Below are positions 12,588-25,650 of a DNA stretch of 64,000 nt, in pieces; position 1 is the first letter of the stretch; the number at the start of each line of letters is the position of its first letter. The position numbers and the translations under genes were made by a program. The DNA comes from Callorhinchus milii. Its lineage: Eukaryota. The notes under the pieces were generated by a model. The model was not told the origin of the DNA and ran no database searches. It saw nothing but the letters and a program-made list of their open reading frames with translations. The DNA lies in contig NW_024704743.1 of NCBI RefSeq assembly GCF_018977255.1, positions 54,686,001-54,750,000 on the forward strand, written 5' to 3'.

Positions 12588-12876
12588 TGGAGTCCTGTAG
12601 CTCAGTGGTTGGAGAACTTGCCTTTCGAGCGAGACACCTGGGTTCAATTCCAGGCAGGGCAAAACCTTGGGCAAGTTTCCTTACTCCACACGCCTAATAA
12701 TAATCCCTCTAAAACAAACAAATTTTTTTTTGTAATTTTCAATCCACGACTGTTCGTGGGACACTGCTGTGTGCAATTGGCTGCTGCGTTTCGCCCACAA
12801 ATATACGGTCAATTCACTTTACAGTATATTCTGAAGACGTGAAAAGCGCTATATCAAATGCAAGGATTATTATTAT
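12588..12876 (+). mobile_element. Young SINE with head, small internal deletions; abuts the tail of the old SINE
   Basis: tggagtcctgtagctcagtggtt (A box)..ggttcaattcc (B box)..ccttgggcaag..(att)n. Confidence 0.92.
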
Positions 12877-13635
12877 CACCATTATCTGGTTTGTAGTAAT
12901 TAAGACGTGTTTAAAATGAGCTTCAAGCCTCATTGATGAACAAGAGATACAGGCTTCTTGTACGACTGTGCACATTTGCCAGACGTATCTCTTTAGAGGC
13001 GGGGAAATCACAGGGAAACCCCATTTAGATATGATTCTGATGTTTATCAAACTTGGAAAGGTGAAGGATTGTATAGATCCACAAGAATTTAAGTCTCAAA
13101 TCTAGTGCTCAATGGTATTTGACATTCAGATTTTAATACATTTGAATTTCTTGTGAATTAAATTATGCACGTATTACAAGTGCTAACAACAATATATTCA
13201 ACATCAATAATAACAGTTTCAAACAAGCGTTCAAGTTAGTATTTAAGTGGAACAACCTACGTCACACCACGAATGTAGAGCATTGGTTAGATACAGGTTT
13301 CATTTAAACCACAGAACCCACAGTTTAAGTGAACTGAGCAACAGCATAGTATAACATTTACAGTAATCTACTAACTGACGAGAAGAGCTGAGTGGTGTGC
13401 CGAGATGAGTCACAAATGGAAAACTGAACATTCTGAATTGAAAAGGAGATAAAGTGGAAAATAATCTCATAATATGTAGGAGTTAAACAAAAAGGTACCT
13501 TAATCGAATGTTATTTTTATAATTTTTTAATCAAGCAATGACTATATAATGTCTCAATATTTGATCCTGGATGCATTGGAGACATCAGATTGTATTTCAG
13601 CGGTGAGGTTCTGTTGATCCTATAAAAAATAATGA

Positions 13636-14562
13636 TTATAATAATGATCCTTGTATTTAATATAGCACCTTTAATGTCAGAGGATGTACTTCACAGGATT
13701 TATCTGTAAAGTCTAGTGACTATGTACAACAACAACAACAAAATTACATTTGTAAAGCACCTTTCACATCAAGAGGACGTCCCAAGGTGCTGAACAGGGC
13801 GACCAAAAAGTTGTAATAACTGCTGTCTTATCTATTTTAAAAAAATAATTTCTTTGTGACTCATTTGACATTGTAATGGTATCACAACGTTTTCATCACC
13901 CTGTATTTTGTAGGCCAATGTGACAACCAGATTGCTCATAGTAATGTCCTACAAACAGCCATGAAGAGACTGATCAATTTTACCTGGGGAAATGTTCGTC
14001 AAGACACCAGGAGAAACTTCCTTTTTTCAAATAGTTACATGGGATCTTTAACGTTCAGGATCCACCTGAACAGACATAGATGTGACCTCGGCAGAACATT
14101 CAAAGAATGGAACCTCTGGCGATGCAGTGCTCCCCATAGAACTGTACTGGAGTGTCAGTCCAGACTGAGTTCAAAGTCCCCAATAATAATAATAATAATC
14201 CTTGCATTTGTTATAGCACTTTTCACGTCGAGAGGACGTCCCAAAGCGCTTCACAGAACACACTGTAAAGTGAATTGACTGTATATTTGTGGGCGAATGC
14301 GGCAGCCAATTGCGCACAGCAATGTCCCACAAACAGTCGTAGATTGAAAATGACCAATTTTATTATTGTTTTTGGTTTTGGAGGGATTATTATTAGGCGT
14401 GTGGAGTAAGGAAACTTGCCCAAGATTTCGCACTGCCTAGAATTGAACTCAGGTCTGTCGCTTGCAAAGTGAGTGCTCTAACCACTGAGCTACAGGACTC
14501 CACGTCCACGTCAAGTCAGGCTTGAACCCACATGCTTCTGACTCAGAGGCATGAGTGCTATA
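13636..14562 (-). mobile_element. Old Deu-type SINE interrupted by an L2 tail (~13727-13797) and a young SINE (14182-14502)
   Basis: Head (reverse complement) at 14503-14562, body at 13900-14181, tail at 13636-13725. Confidence 0.75.
14182..14502 (-). mobile_element. Young SINE, full length
   Basis: Reverse complement of tRNA-like head through the (ATT)n tail. Confidence 0.95.
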
Positions 14563-15245
14563 AACTGTGATGAAATGTAACTGAAGCAGTTTCTGAATAT
14601 AGGGAAAGTTCAATGGCATACTTTGATGCACTTCATGATATCTGTTTTGTATATTTTATATTACAGTTTATCTTAACCATGATTTTGAACTGGAAGTTTG
14701 AATTAGTTATTATTCGATCAGTTGAACTGCTGATGAAACTATATAGTTCAGATGAAATCTAAGGTTGTTACCAATCACAGTTGGTGTCAGCCGCCTCTTC
14801 TGTGTCCACCCTTTACTTACCACGGCACTGAAAGTATGGTGTGGTTTGTAGGGTCAATGATTACATTTATCAAATTTTGCTGAACAACAATGTTTACCAT
14901 TGTAATCACAATCTTCTTTTAGTGCTAACTCACTATCCCATTAATCGATAACAAATAATCATAATTCTTGCATTTTGACTTTGTGCCTTCCAGGTCAAAA
15001 TGTTTCAAAACATTTCATAGGATATACTGTAAAGTGCAATAACTGTAGGTGAAATAACAACACCTCAATTACAAATCATATATGTAAAATCAGGTCATTT
15101 GAATCTTGGGCTCCTCTTGCTCCCCATCCCTCAATAGAATGAATTCAAGATCGTAGGCTTACTTTGAAATCCCTCCACATCCTTGCTGTAATCTCTCTGC
15201 CAAGGCCACTCCTCTGCTCAACCAACACCAACTATTTCATATCTA

Positions 15246-15511
15246 TCAGGCAGGGTGAAACCTTGGGCAAGTTTCCTTACTCCACACGCCTAATAATAAT
15301 CCCTCCAAAACCAAAAACAATAATAAATTGGTCATTTTCAATCCACGACTGTTTGTGGGACATTGCTGTGTGCAATTGGCTGCCGCGTTCGCCCACAAAT
15401 ATACAGTCAATTCACTTTACAGTGTGTTCTGTGAAGCGCTTTGGGATGTCCTCCCGACGTGAAAAGCGCTATATCAAATGCAAGGATTATTATTATTATT
15501 ATTATTATTAT
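15246..15511 (+). mobile_element. Young SINE, 5'-truncated
   Basis: caggcagggtgaaaccttgggcaag...(att)n. Confidence 0.93.
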
Positions 15512-15785
15512 CAGCTAGTCCTTCCCACCACTGTGTGCAAGCTCTTAATCATTATTTTCCTGCTCTCCAGAAATCTATCTTAAAATACCTCTGCCTTGCC
15601 CCTTCCTCCCCAGCTACAAAACCTACCTTAAGATCTATCTACACAATTCTCAAATCAGGCAATGGAGTACTTGTGGCTTCAATTGTTACTTCCTACATGC
15701 AGTTCCTTGCTCTATTGAACTTCATTTGCCATTCATTATCCCTTGTGCATTCCCTTTCAAACTCTCTTGAAAAGATCTTAGGTAT

Positions 15786-16540
15786 CAGCTTGACTCAGTT
15801 GGTAGTAATTATGTCTCGGAATCAGAAGGTTGTACATTGGAGTCCTGTAGCTCAGTGGTTAGAGCACTCGCTTTGCAAGTGAGAAACCTGAGTTCATTTC
15901 CAGGCAGGTCAGGGCGAAACCTTGGGCAAGTTTCCTTACTCCACACGCCTAATAATAATCCCTCCAAAACAAAAAACAATAATAAATTGGTCATTTTCAA
16001 TCTACGACTGTTTGTGGGACATTGCTGTGCGCAATTGCTGCCGCGTTCGCCCACAAATATACAGTCAATTCACTTTACAGTATATTCTGTGAAGCGCTTT
16101 GGGACGTCCTCCCGACGTGAAAAGCGCTATATCAAATGCAAGGATTATTATTATTATTATTACATTCACGTTGGGACTTTGAACTCATAGGCTAGGCTGA
16201 CACTCCAGTGCAATGCTGAGGGTATACTGCATTGTTTGAGGTGCTGTCCTTCAGATGAAATGTTAAACTGAAGTCCTATATGACCGTTCAAGTGAACCCT
16301 AAAGATCGCATGGTACTTTTCAAAAAGAGAAGGGAGATTCTCTCTTGGTCAACGATCCCTCAAATAAAATTGGCCATTCACATGATATCTGTTTGTGGAT
16401 ATTGTTATGTGCAAAATTGTCTGCTGTGTTTGTCAACAAAATATGCAGTCACTCCATTTTGCAATGGATCCAGTGAAGCATTAGAGATGGCCTCCAGACA
16501 TGAAAGGATCTATATCAAATGGAAGAAATATTATTACAAT
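15786..16540 (+). mobile_element. Old Deu-type SINE split by a young SINE
   Basis: Head at 15786-15837, body resumes at 16162 (gggactttgaactcataggctaggctgacactccagtgc..aagatcgcatggtacttttcaaaaagag). Confidence 0.85.
15838..16161 (+). mobile_element. Young SINE, full length, with TACATT target-site duplication
   Basis: Head with A/B boxes and ctttgcaa anticodon-like loop; tacatt at 15833-15838 and 16161-16166. Confidence 0.96.
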
Positions 16541-17035
16541 TATGAAAGCATCACTGACATTTGAGCACTGACAAGCTTTCTGACGCTGCTACAACAAATA
16601 TTAGAAGAGTATAAAAGTCATTGCTGTTCTTACTTTACATTTTGTAAAGGCTATTGAGAGTGACATTATTTCTGTAACCTCAGAAGGAGGTTTGGTTTGC
16701 TTTCCTGCTGCTAGCTTCCCTGCTATGAATTCTGCTTCTCCTCCCAGCTGCGCATCTGCATTTTATTAAAAGACGAGGAAGTGTAGTAATACCGCCACCC
16801 ACTCACTCCAGGATATGAGTACAACATTTATGAGATTGGCTGCTTGGCCCATGTAAAGTCTGTCAGTACTACATGCTGGATACTGTCATTCTTCATTTCC
16901 TGATATGTAGATTATGGTACAATACTTTATTCATTTCCAGCAGCTGCCTTATACAAACAGCATCTCCTGACATCAAGTGGGAAATACAAGCTGTATAGTG
17001 TAAACAGAACAGAGGCCAGTGCTCATTATTTCCCT

Positions 17036-17490
17036 GTGTGTCAGGCTGCCTCGATGGTAGCACCCTTATTTCAGAGGCTGTGGGTTCAATCCTCACATCA
17101 GGACTTGGTATCACATCATCTAAGATGCCACTCTAGCGCAATGCTGGGGAGGGTGTTGCATTGTTGGAGATGCCGTCCTTCCAATGAGATGTTAAACTGA
17201 TGCCCCCCATCTGCTGTTCAACCTGAGGTTAGAGATCCCATGGCACTATCCGAAAAGAGAAGGGAGTTTCTCCCGGTGTTCTGGCCAACAATCTCCCAAA
17301 TAAAATTGGTCACTCACTCCATGGCTGTTTGTGGGACATCGCTGTGTGCAAACTGGCTGCCACATTTCGCCCTTAAAATATACTGTACTTTATAGTACAG
17401 TATATCTTATGAAGCACTTTGAGACATCTTGACAATGTGATAAGGCATTATATCAAACCCAAGCTATATTATTAATTATTATTATTATTA
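17036..17490 (+). mobile_element. Old Deu-type tRNA SINE, near full length (best copy in window)
   Basis: tRNA-like head, central gatgagatgttaaactga..gatcccatggcactatccgaaaagagaagggagtttctcccggtgttctggccaac, L2-like tail with (ATT)n. Confidence 0.88.
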
Positions 17491-17599
17491 GCACTCTCCA
17501 TTGCAGGACTTGTGCATGTCGTGATCATCACCATAGCACACGTCAATACCCCTATTCTTTAAATGCTGGTTGTTAGCCTCACAATAAATGTATAATGTA

Positions 17600-18240
17600 T
17601 ACATGTGACTAGATTTGACTAATAAAAACAACACTCAGTTATTCACTTTTGGAAACTGCACAATTAAAGGAAACAATTGTTTTCACTTTCAGAAAAGTCA
17701 GTTCAAGAGCATTTCTTGGAATACACCACAGTATTTTATTGGACTTAAAACCCTACGCCTCACTTACACTGCCCGGAACAAGATAAACGGTCGCAACGTT
17801 AAGAAATAGAAAAACTCTGACACCATAACTATGAGACTAGCAGCTTTCCCCAAAGTTAGTAGGCAAAGAAAAAAACAATCTTGGTCTGGAGACGAGGCTC
17901 TCAGGCCAGGTATATACCTCCTTGATGACACTAAAGGCGAAGAGGGACCCTGAATTTAGCGAAGCCCCTCCTTTTATCTTTTTCTAACTCCTCCCCTTCC
18001 AATGGTTCTCGCTTCAGGACCTATGTGACCCTTTCCCACCTTTTCTGTTGCAACATTCACCCAGGTCACAGACTTTGTGTTATCAAGGCTGTGCTGATTT
18101 AAATTATATTCTGGTCACTGGACCATAATTGCACTTAAAGCGAAGCAACGTATTTTAACACAAACTCTGTTCACAGACTGTCTACAGAAAATATCATTAC
18201 AACGAAGTAGAGCATTAATAAAAACAAGGTGTCCATGACA
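17600..18240 (-). mobile_element. Possible solo LTR
   Basis: Minus strand begins TGTCA at 18240, then shows a CCAAT-type box (~17999), gataaaagg (~17975) and AATAAA (~17738) in LTR-like order. No convincing TSD or 3' end found. Confidence 0.3.
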
Positions 18241-20769
18241 GTAATCTTAACTAGAAATGAAATGGGAGGTTTAATATTGTTTCAATCATGAAGTTATATG
18301 GTTTTAGTTGATTAATTAATTGTAGTTTCCTGAAATGTGCTTTGGAATTCCTAATGTCTTGGCTTCTGCCTATGGCCAGAGAATATAGGTGCCAGTTGTA
18401 TTCTCTGGCCATAGGCAATAAGGATGGATGGATGTTTCCCCTTTCACCCCAGGAGTCATTCCAGAAGTGGTAGTCAGACATTCAGCTGACAAAGAATGAT
18501 GTGCTAATGCAACCCAATTTCCCATACAGGTATGGGAATTTACTCTGCCTTTGTTGACTCCCATGCTGATTGTATATCATCATATACTGAGCTGATTACT
18601 GTAATACTATATTCCTCACATAACTCAGCAATCTGCTTTGGTTGATGCGTTCACCTACAAAGACACAGTCACTACACTTTCATTGATAAGATAAGGTGAT
18701 ATATCAGATATAAAACTCCAAACAAAAAATGGAAGTTAAGAAACCGTGTTTTTTGGTTTCCAGAAACTTTCACTCCTAAAGCAAGAAGACTATAATATGG
18801 CATATTCTCTTTTAAGGACAAAGACTGGGCAGTTTGCCTCCACTGTTAAGAATTCAACCATTTTAAAATTTGTATTCGGGGCTTATATATTATTAATACC
18901 GTAATGCTGTATTTTGCTGTTTCATTCCACCCTTTCACTGGATGTACTGATTGTACTGATTGTGGTTAACACTTAGAGGCATATGACGAAACTCTGGCCA
19001 GTGAGCGCAAGCTTCCTGTCAGTGGGTTGCTATTTAGTGAATGTGAGCCATAAATAGAATAGATAGAATGATTCTATAGAAATTGAAGTCAGCAGAATTA
19101 CAAATATTTGCACACATTTTCTGCCACTTTTTCTTTGAATATTTCCTCCAATTTACTCTCCGCTCCTGAAGCCTCTAACTCTTGCTAGGGTGCATCTTCA
19201 CAGTTGACAATCGGCATCCAATATCACAAAACTATTGGAGAACAATACCAATGAGTGATCAGTCTTCATTTGTGAGCCCAGCACAGTGAGTGTCAGGGGT
19301 CAATTTGACAATAGGCAAAATCTTAGCCACATCCAATGCTGCCCTCATTCTTGTGTACTACTTTCAAACAGTGGCCATCACACTGAATTTTACCCCATCT
19401 ACCACAACAACAATTCATACTTGCATATCACCTTTCTCGGTGGGAGAACGTCTGAAAGCACCTTACAGACACTGAGCACAAGCCCAATTTAGGAGGGAAC
19501 TTGTCGAATTGGGGATGTGCAGAAGTAGCCAGAAGCACAATCAAAAGTATAAGTCTTCAGGCACCATTTGAAAACAGGGAGAGAAAGGGCAAGAGCAAGA
19601 TGTGGGGTTAGAGCATGTGGACGAGTTGTGTACAATTAGAGGAGCCAGATTCCATGGAGTTGGGGGTGGGGGCAGTGTCTGTGGAGTTGGATTCAGTGGG
19701 GAATGGAAGGAGGCAAAGACTGTGGAGCTGAACCCAGAAGAATTTAAGAAATTAGAATGATAATAATAATCTTTGCATTTGATATAGCGCCTTATCACAT
19801 TGTCAAAATGTCTCAAAACACTTCACAGGATTTACTGTAACATGCAGTGACTATATATTTTGTAAATGAATGCAGTGTACAGTGCCTTGCACATCGGGAG
19901 GGCATCTCAAAGCAGATAATTGACTCAGCGGCCAAGATTGCTGCCAACTAAGTCAGAGATATAATGTCTCTTCTGATTTTTGCAAAAATTTTGCAGCTTT
20001 TAAACTTGGTTAGAATAATTATTCCTACCTTCAGGAGCAGCAGTCCTTTAAATGATTAAAGCTGCCTAGTTGTGTGTTGAATGCCAAATTTACACAAGAA
20101 CTGATTTACATTTGTTTTCTTTTGGAAAGCCTGGAGAGTTTTGCAGGTTCTTTGTGGAATAAATTCAAACATCCACAAATTATTTTTTTAATTTAACCAA
20201 CTTCAATCTTGAATGTAGAATGGCTCACACAGCAGAAGACCTTCATCTAATTTCTTACAGCACCATTACAGTGTTTTACTTGTATTCCCTGCCCATATCA
20301 CAAGGAGCCAATTTAAAATCAATTGCTGAGCTTCTGAGCTTCTCTTTATCTGGAACACCTCAGTAATGCGCTTAAAGCGATTTTCATTATTGGGCATCTA
20401 GCTCAATATTCATTATTGGGCATCTGGCTCAATATAGTTATTGGTTCCGCTCAGTGGCAGTATAGCTCCCTGTTAATCACTGGTCATTAATGAAACAGGA
20501 CACATTAAATACTGACTTCTGCCTGCCTGTTGCAATATCAGCAGACATCCAAGAGTTGTGGCAAAGCTAAAAAATTTTCCTTGGGAGGATAACATAGTGA
20601 TATGATTTACATTGCAAATGTCATTCAAAAACATTGACTAAAAATTCCTACCAAGCAACAGGAATATACGTAACACTGACCCACAAATACACAGTCCCTA
20701 TAATTAACAGCACAGCATGACTGTGAAGTGTTTTAAGACATATCAATGTTGAAAGGTGTCATATCAATC

Positions 20770-20995
20770 TTTGCAACTCCATCTCACAGTTCCTCTGCCT
20801 TGCTCCCTCCCTTGCCTCCTTCACGGTACGTCTCTTCAACTGCGACTTCAGTCACCCTCGTAACCCTACCATCCCTGCCCTCCACCGTTCCTGATCCCAA
20901 CACGTGCTCGGGTCTAAATCCATGACTGTCCAGTACCTTGGGACGTCCTCCCGATGTGAAAGGTGTTATACAAATATAATTTGTTGTTGTTGCTG
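20770..20995 (+). mobile_element. L2 3' fragment
   Basis: ccttgggacgtcctcccgatgtgaaaggtgttatacaaa..(gtt)n tail. Confidence 0.85.
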
Positions 20996-21368
20996 CAGTG
21001 AAGATTAAGCTGTGTACGAGAGGGTCATGTGTAAAATGTCATTTTTTATTTCGTTTTCAGCACCATTTCACATTGGCTATGGGAAGTGCTCTGGGACGCT
21101 ACCCTGCATGAGGGAGCTATATAAATGCAAGTTGTTTTTGTTGGCTCAAGTTTAGAATAAAAATATTTCTCAGTAAACTCCAGTGAGTCTTAACTGGAAT
21201 GGTGCCTATGATCTGCTGGGAGGCAATGGATCTCTGAAGTACAGAATTGAATCTTTGGTCTTTTTATTCACAAGCTGACTTGTTTTCAACATTTTTGCCC
21301 TGAGCAGAAGCTGTTCTTTTAACAGTTAAACAGTTTTATCCTTTTCCTCACTCTGCATGTATGTATGT

Positions 21369-21389
21369 TTGTGTGTGTGTGTGTGTGTG
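21369..21389. repeat. (TG)n microsatellite
   Basis: Direct read. Confidence 0.9.
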
Positions 21390-24300
21390 CACGTGTATGT
21401 GGTGGTTGGTGGTGGTGGCGGTGGGGGAGGGGGTGTGGGTTGAAGACGAGAGACAGAATAAAATTCTGTAAAATAACCCAGCAAAAACAAAGAATTGAAA
21501 TGTCATGGATGCTGGGATGTTTGTACTACTAATCTATGAATGTCACACACTCAGACAGAAAGTAATGAGGTTCGCACATACTATGTTGTACAGTCATTAT
21601 GAAAATAACCCTGATTTTCCTTTACACAGTGTAAAGTACAGATGTAGTTTGCCTATTATAGCTTGCCTCAAATATATATTACCTATCGATTTTACAAATG
21701 GTTTGACAGTCTTAGTGTGCATTCAAACCCTCAGCATTTAGTTTTTTTTTAAGATTTTCATTTCAGCAACACACAGGTGAAATTTGTTGTGTTTCATCGC
21801 AATAGAATTCATGACACCCACATAGGTCAGGGTCTGAAGACTCTCTCCCACAGACAGTCTCATGCAGAGAATTGTCTACTTATAGCCCCTGTCTTTCATC
21901 CCTCTCCTGCAGATAATCGAATGTTAGATATTAGATAGAGCACATCCTGCTGTCTCATACAAATACTCTGCCAAAATGTGCAGCGCTCATAGAGTTTACT
22001 CCTGTGTTGCAAATAGCCAGTACCGAAATTAAGATTGAAAGGATGGCAGATCTGACAATACAGCAATTTCCCAGCACTGCACTAGAGTATCAGCTTAGAC
22101 TAATAGCTTAAAAACAAACACAAGAAAAGCCATTTTATTAAAATATCAGAAAGGGTTCAGCCTGATTTCTAAAATACCCAAGTATATCAAAATGTAAGTT
22201 ACCTGCTGCGAAATTTGCTTTGTAGATTCTGTGGCTGTTCATTGGTCCTTGGTAAACAGTTTGTAGAAATCTGTACAAAGCAAAAACAATGTTAATGGGA
22301 ATAAGCTGCTACAGATGGAACTTCCATTCGGACAATTATGAACAAAATTACATTGACAATAGTGATGAAATATGATGGGCTTATTGAATACTGAAGCAGT
22401 CATTTCAGATCGCAACAGCTTTATGAGCAGAAATCAAGAAAAGTTTACAGAAGATGTAGTCTGTTTACAAGCAGAACATCAAGTCTTGAAAAGAAATGAA
22501 AACCTTATGATAAATTTGACTTTAATGTCCGTTGGGTGCCAAATTTCACATTGTTTTATTTATGGATCTACCTACTGACGTGGCAGGATGAATAATTAAA
22601 ACAGAGAGCAATTTCCTAAATTAAAATAGATCAGCAATGGTTTAATATATAGGATGCAATCAGATTATGTTATTTTGTTTACTTACAATACAAAATCATA
22701 CTTGTATAGCATCTTTCACATTGCGAGGATATCCCAAAGTGCTGGGATGGCTTTTCTTCTGTTTGCAGAACACAAGAAATCAGCGCCTTGGGATGTCCTC
22801 CTGGCATGAAAGGCTCTATACAAATGTAATTTGTTGTTGTTGTAAATGGTTTTGATAAAATGGAGTTTCTTGTGTTTGTGTTTGAGCTATTAGTCCAGGC
22901 TCTCACTCCAGTACAGTGCTGGGAAGTTCTGCATTGTCAGATCTGCTACTTATGCACTTTAAAGGGCTCAATATTACTCTTGTTATTGTAGCAACTGTAA
23001 TGGGCATGTGCAATTAGGTTCTCTACTTTAATTCACATTGTCAAAATCACTACATTTAGCAATATGATGGGTATTACAGTCAATTTTGTACTTTATTGCA
23101 TTGCTTTGGACTATTTTACATGTATACTTGTGAACATTTAATTGATTCACTTAGAAACTCCAGTAACATGTTAATAACATGTACACCTACAAAATAGAGT
23201 CACTACACACTTTATAGTAAATCCTGTAAAGTGCTTTGACATGTCCTCTCGATGTGAAAGGCACTATATCCTGTGTTCAATTTGGAGCACTTTCACCTTT
23301 GATTCAGAAGGTTGTGAGCTCAAGCCCCAAGTAGGTTTGCATCCCCAAACAAGGAATTCAGTCAAGTAATGAATAGGGCTGGGACAAGTCTGAGCTTAGA
23401 TGCTGAAGTGACTTTAGTATTTTAAAAGTACTTTGGATTCAGTAAATTACAAATTTAATGTCCTTTTGCAGTGTTAAAAGCAGCATCAGTATACCAAAAC
23501 TTCCCTATCACCCAGCTGATGTTTACTTAAGCCAATGGTTGTTCACCTACATTTTTTTCACATTCGCTGTCATTGAACCTGAGCTAATGTGTCAGTGGTG
23601 CTGGTATCCGATGCAGAACATTAATCCTCAATGGTAAAGTGGCCATCCCATTCACTTGTTCTATCCCATCTGAACAACTTGGAAACAGCTTCCTTCTTGT
23701 AGAGTTATAGGTCAGGCGGCTTCATGGCACCCATGCTGGACACCAAGCAGGGAGGGTGGAGGGTGCTTATAAAACAGGCCACTTTTTGTGTAAGTTTTAG
23801 CCCTATTTTTGTTGATAGAAGAGGGTGAAATCTGAAAAAGTGAGTGAGGCCTCTGCCAAGATTATACAGAGATGGATGATTGTCACACCTTATTCATAGC
23901 TTTTGGTAGGCTGAGATGTTTGTCAAGCTCTTTCGGTCATCTTTTCGTTAACCACCTTCTTCAATTAGCACCTCCAAGCTTGGGTGCCCAGCCAGCAGTG
24001 TGAAGCACTTTGAAACATTCTCCCAATGTGAAATGTGAATTGTATTGTATAGGTATGTGTGCTCACAATAATAATCCTTATATTTGGTACTGTGCCTTTA
24101 GTGCTGGGAGGACATCCCAAAATGCTTCACAGAATATACTGTAAAGTGCAGTGACAGTGGGTGAGCAGATCCTGGGTGGATTTTCTCCCAGTGACATGCA
24201 GATTTTCCTTCCATCATGGAGAGACAGGGAAGTCATTAAGTAGCGGTTCACAATCTTAGAATTATTCAAAACCCTATAAACCCCAAGTATGCCATCTCAT

Positions 24301-25064
24301 GTATTTAACATCATAGGAAACATCATTTTCTTCAAGATTTATTTTCTAGGGCTGTTGTTGCTAACTCTTCACTAACCTGGCATTTTGAAACATTGCATTT
24401 CTTGTCCTGTAGATAATAAACATTGTGGACTGTCAGATTTCCTTTCCCAGGCACAAAAGATTGCCAGCAAACCTAACTGAAACATGAGAATGAAAGAAAG
24501 CTACAGCAGAACACATGAGAAAACAATATCCACATTAGAACAAAATCCCCAAACTCTTTACGGAATGAAAAAGGCACTTCCTCTGTATGATGGAAAGACA
24601 ATGTGCATGTCACACGGACAACATCAGTCTAATTAACCCGAAGCAACTCAATGCTAAACACACACCTGACTATCCACATAGGATGAAGGGGAAGGAAAGT
24701 CTATGGGGAGGAATGTTACTTCAGTTAGAAATTGCATGGAAGTAGGGGATTTAATTAACTCAACAGCCTTATGGGAGTCCGAGCTTGGTTTCACGCTAGA
24801 AAATTAATTACCAAGTCTCTCCACGTAACAATAATGCTCTTAATATCATCCTACTGAATCTCTATCATCCCTCTCCATTGGTCTGAAATTATGGTCAGCA
24901 TTATACGTAGGCTTTGATAACCCATGATTATAACGAGGAAATTACAATAGTGGTCGACATTACCAAAGGCATAATGCTGACTGGACCTTCAGCCCACATG
25001 GCTGTGATGTCCTTTCTATAACTGAGTGCCTAAAGCTAGCATTTACTGTCGTGTTTAGATGGTA

Positions 25065-25650
25065 CCCTGGCTCAGTTAGTAGAACTGTTGCCTCAGGGTC
25101 AGAGGGTTGTGAGTTCAAGCCCTATGCCTGACGAACACTGCATTCTCAATAATGCCGCCCTTCAACTGATGTCCCATCTGTCTAGTCAGGTGGAAGCCTT
25201 CAGCCATTACACCCCGAAACTTTGGAACTCCTCCCTCAACCCCTTTGCCTTGACCCCCCCTTCTCCATCCTCAGGTTGCGCCTGAAGACCTTCCTTTTCG
25301 ACGGTGTCTATGGTCACCTTCCCCTCCCCTTGGCTCGGCCTTGGGCTCCCCCATTGTTAAGCACTCTGAGATGCTGCCTGGCATGGAGGGCACTATATAA
25401 ATGCAAGTTGTTGTTGTTAAAAGTCTTGTTCCACTATTTTGAAAATTGAGTTTTTCCAGATGTCCTGTCTGACAATCTGTCAGATAAAATTGATTGTTCA
25501 CTTTATGTCTGTTTGTGGGACATTGATGTAAGCAAATTGGCTGCCACATTTGCTGGCAAATATACAGTCACTACACTTTAAGAAACTTTGAAACATTGTT
25601 GATGTGATTAGGCCCTGTATCAAATGCAAGGATTGTTATTATTATTAAAG
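25065..25650 (+). mobile_element. Old Deu-type SINE pieces with a nested L2 3' fragment (~25190-25417)
   Basis: ggctcagttagtagaac..gagttcaagccc head; AFSHYTPKLWNS..(gtt)n; SINE tail ~25490-25648. Confidence 0.7.

Noticed and set aside
15838..15910. tRNA-Ala gene (also at 12588, 14430, 45415, 50700)
   Set aside because: The acceptor stem is not closed and the sequence continues into SINE body and tail; these are SINE heads.
11912..16190. Recurrent ORFs such as [16 protein letters not shown] and [13 protein letters not shown]
   Set aside because: They are translations of SINE copies, not a gene family.
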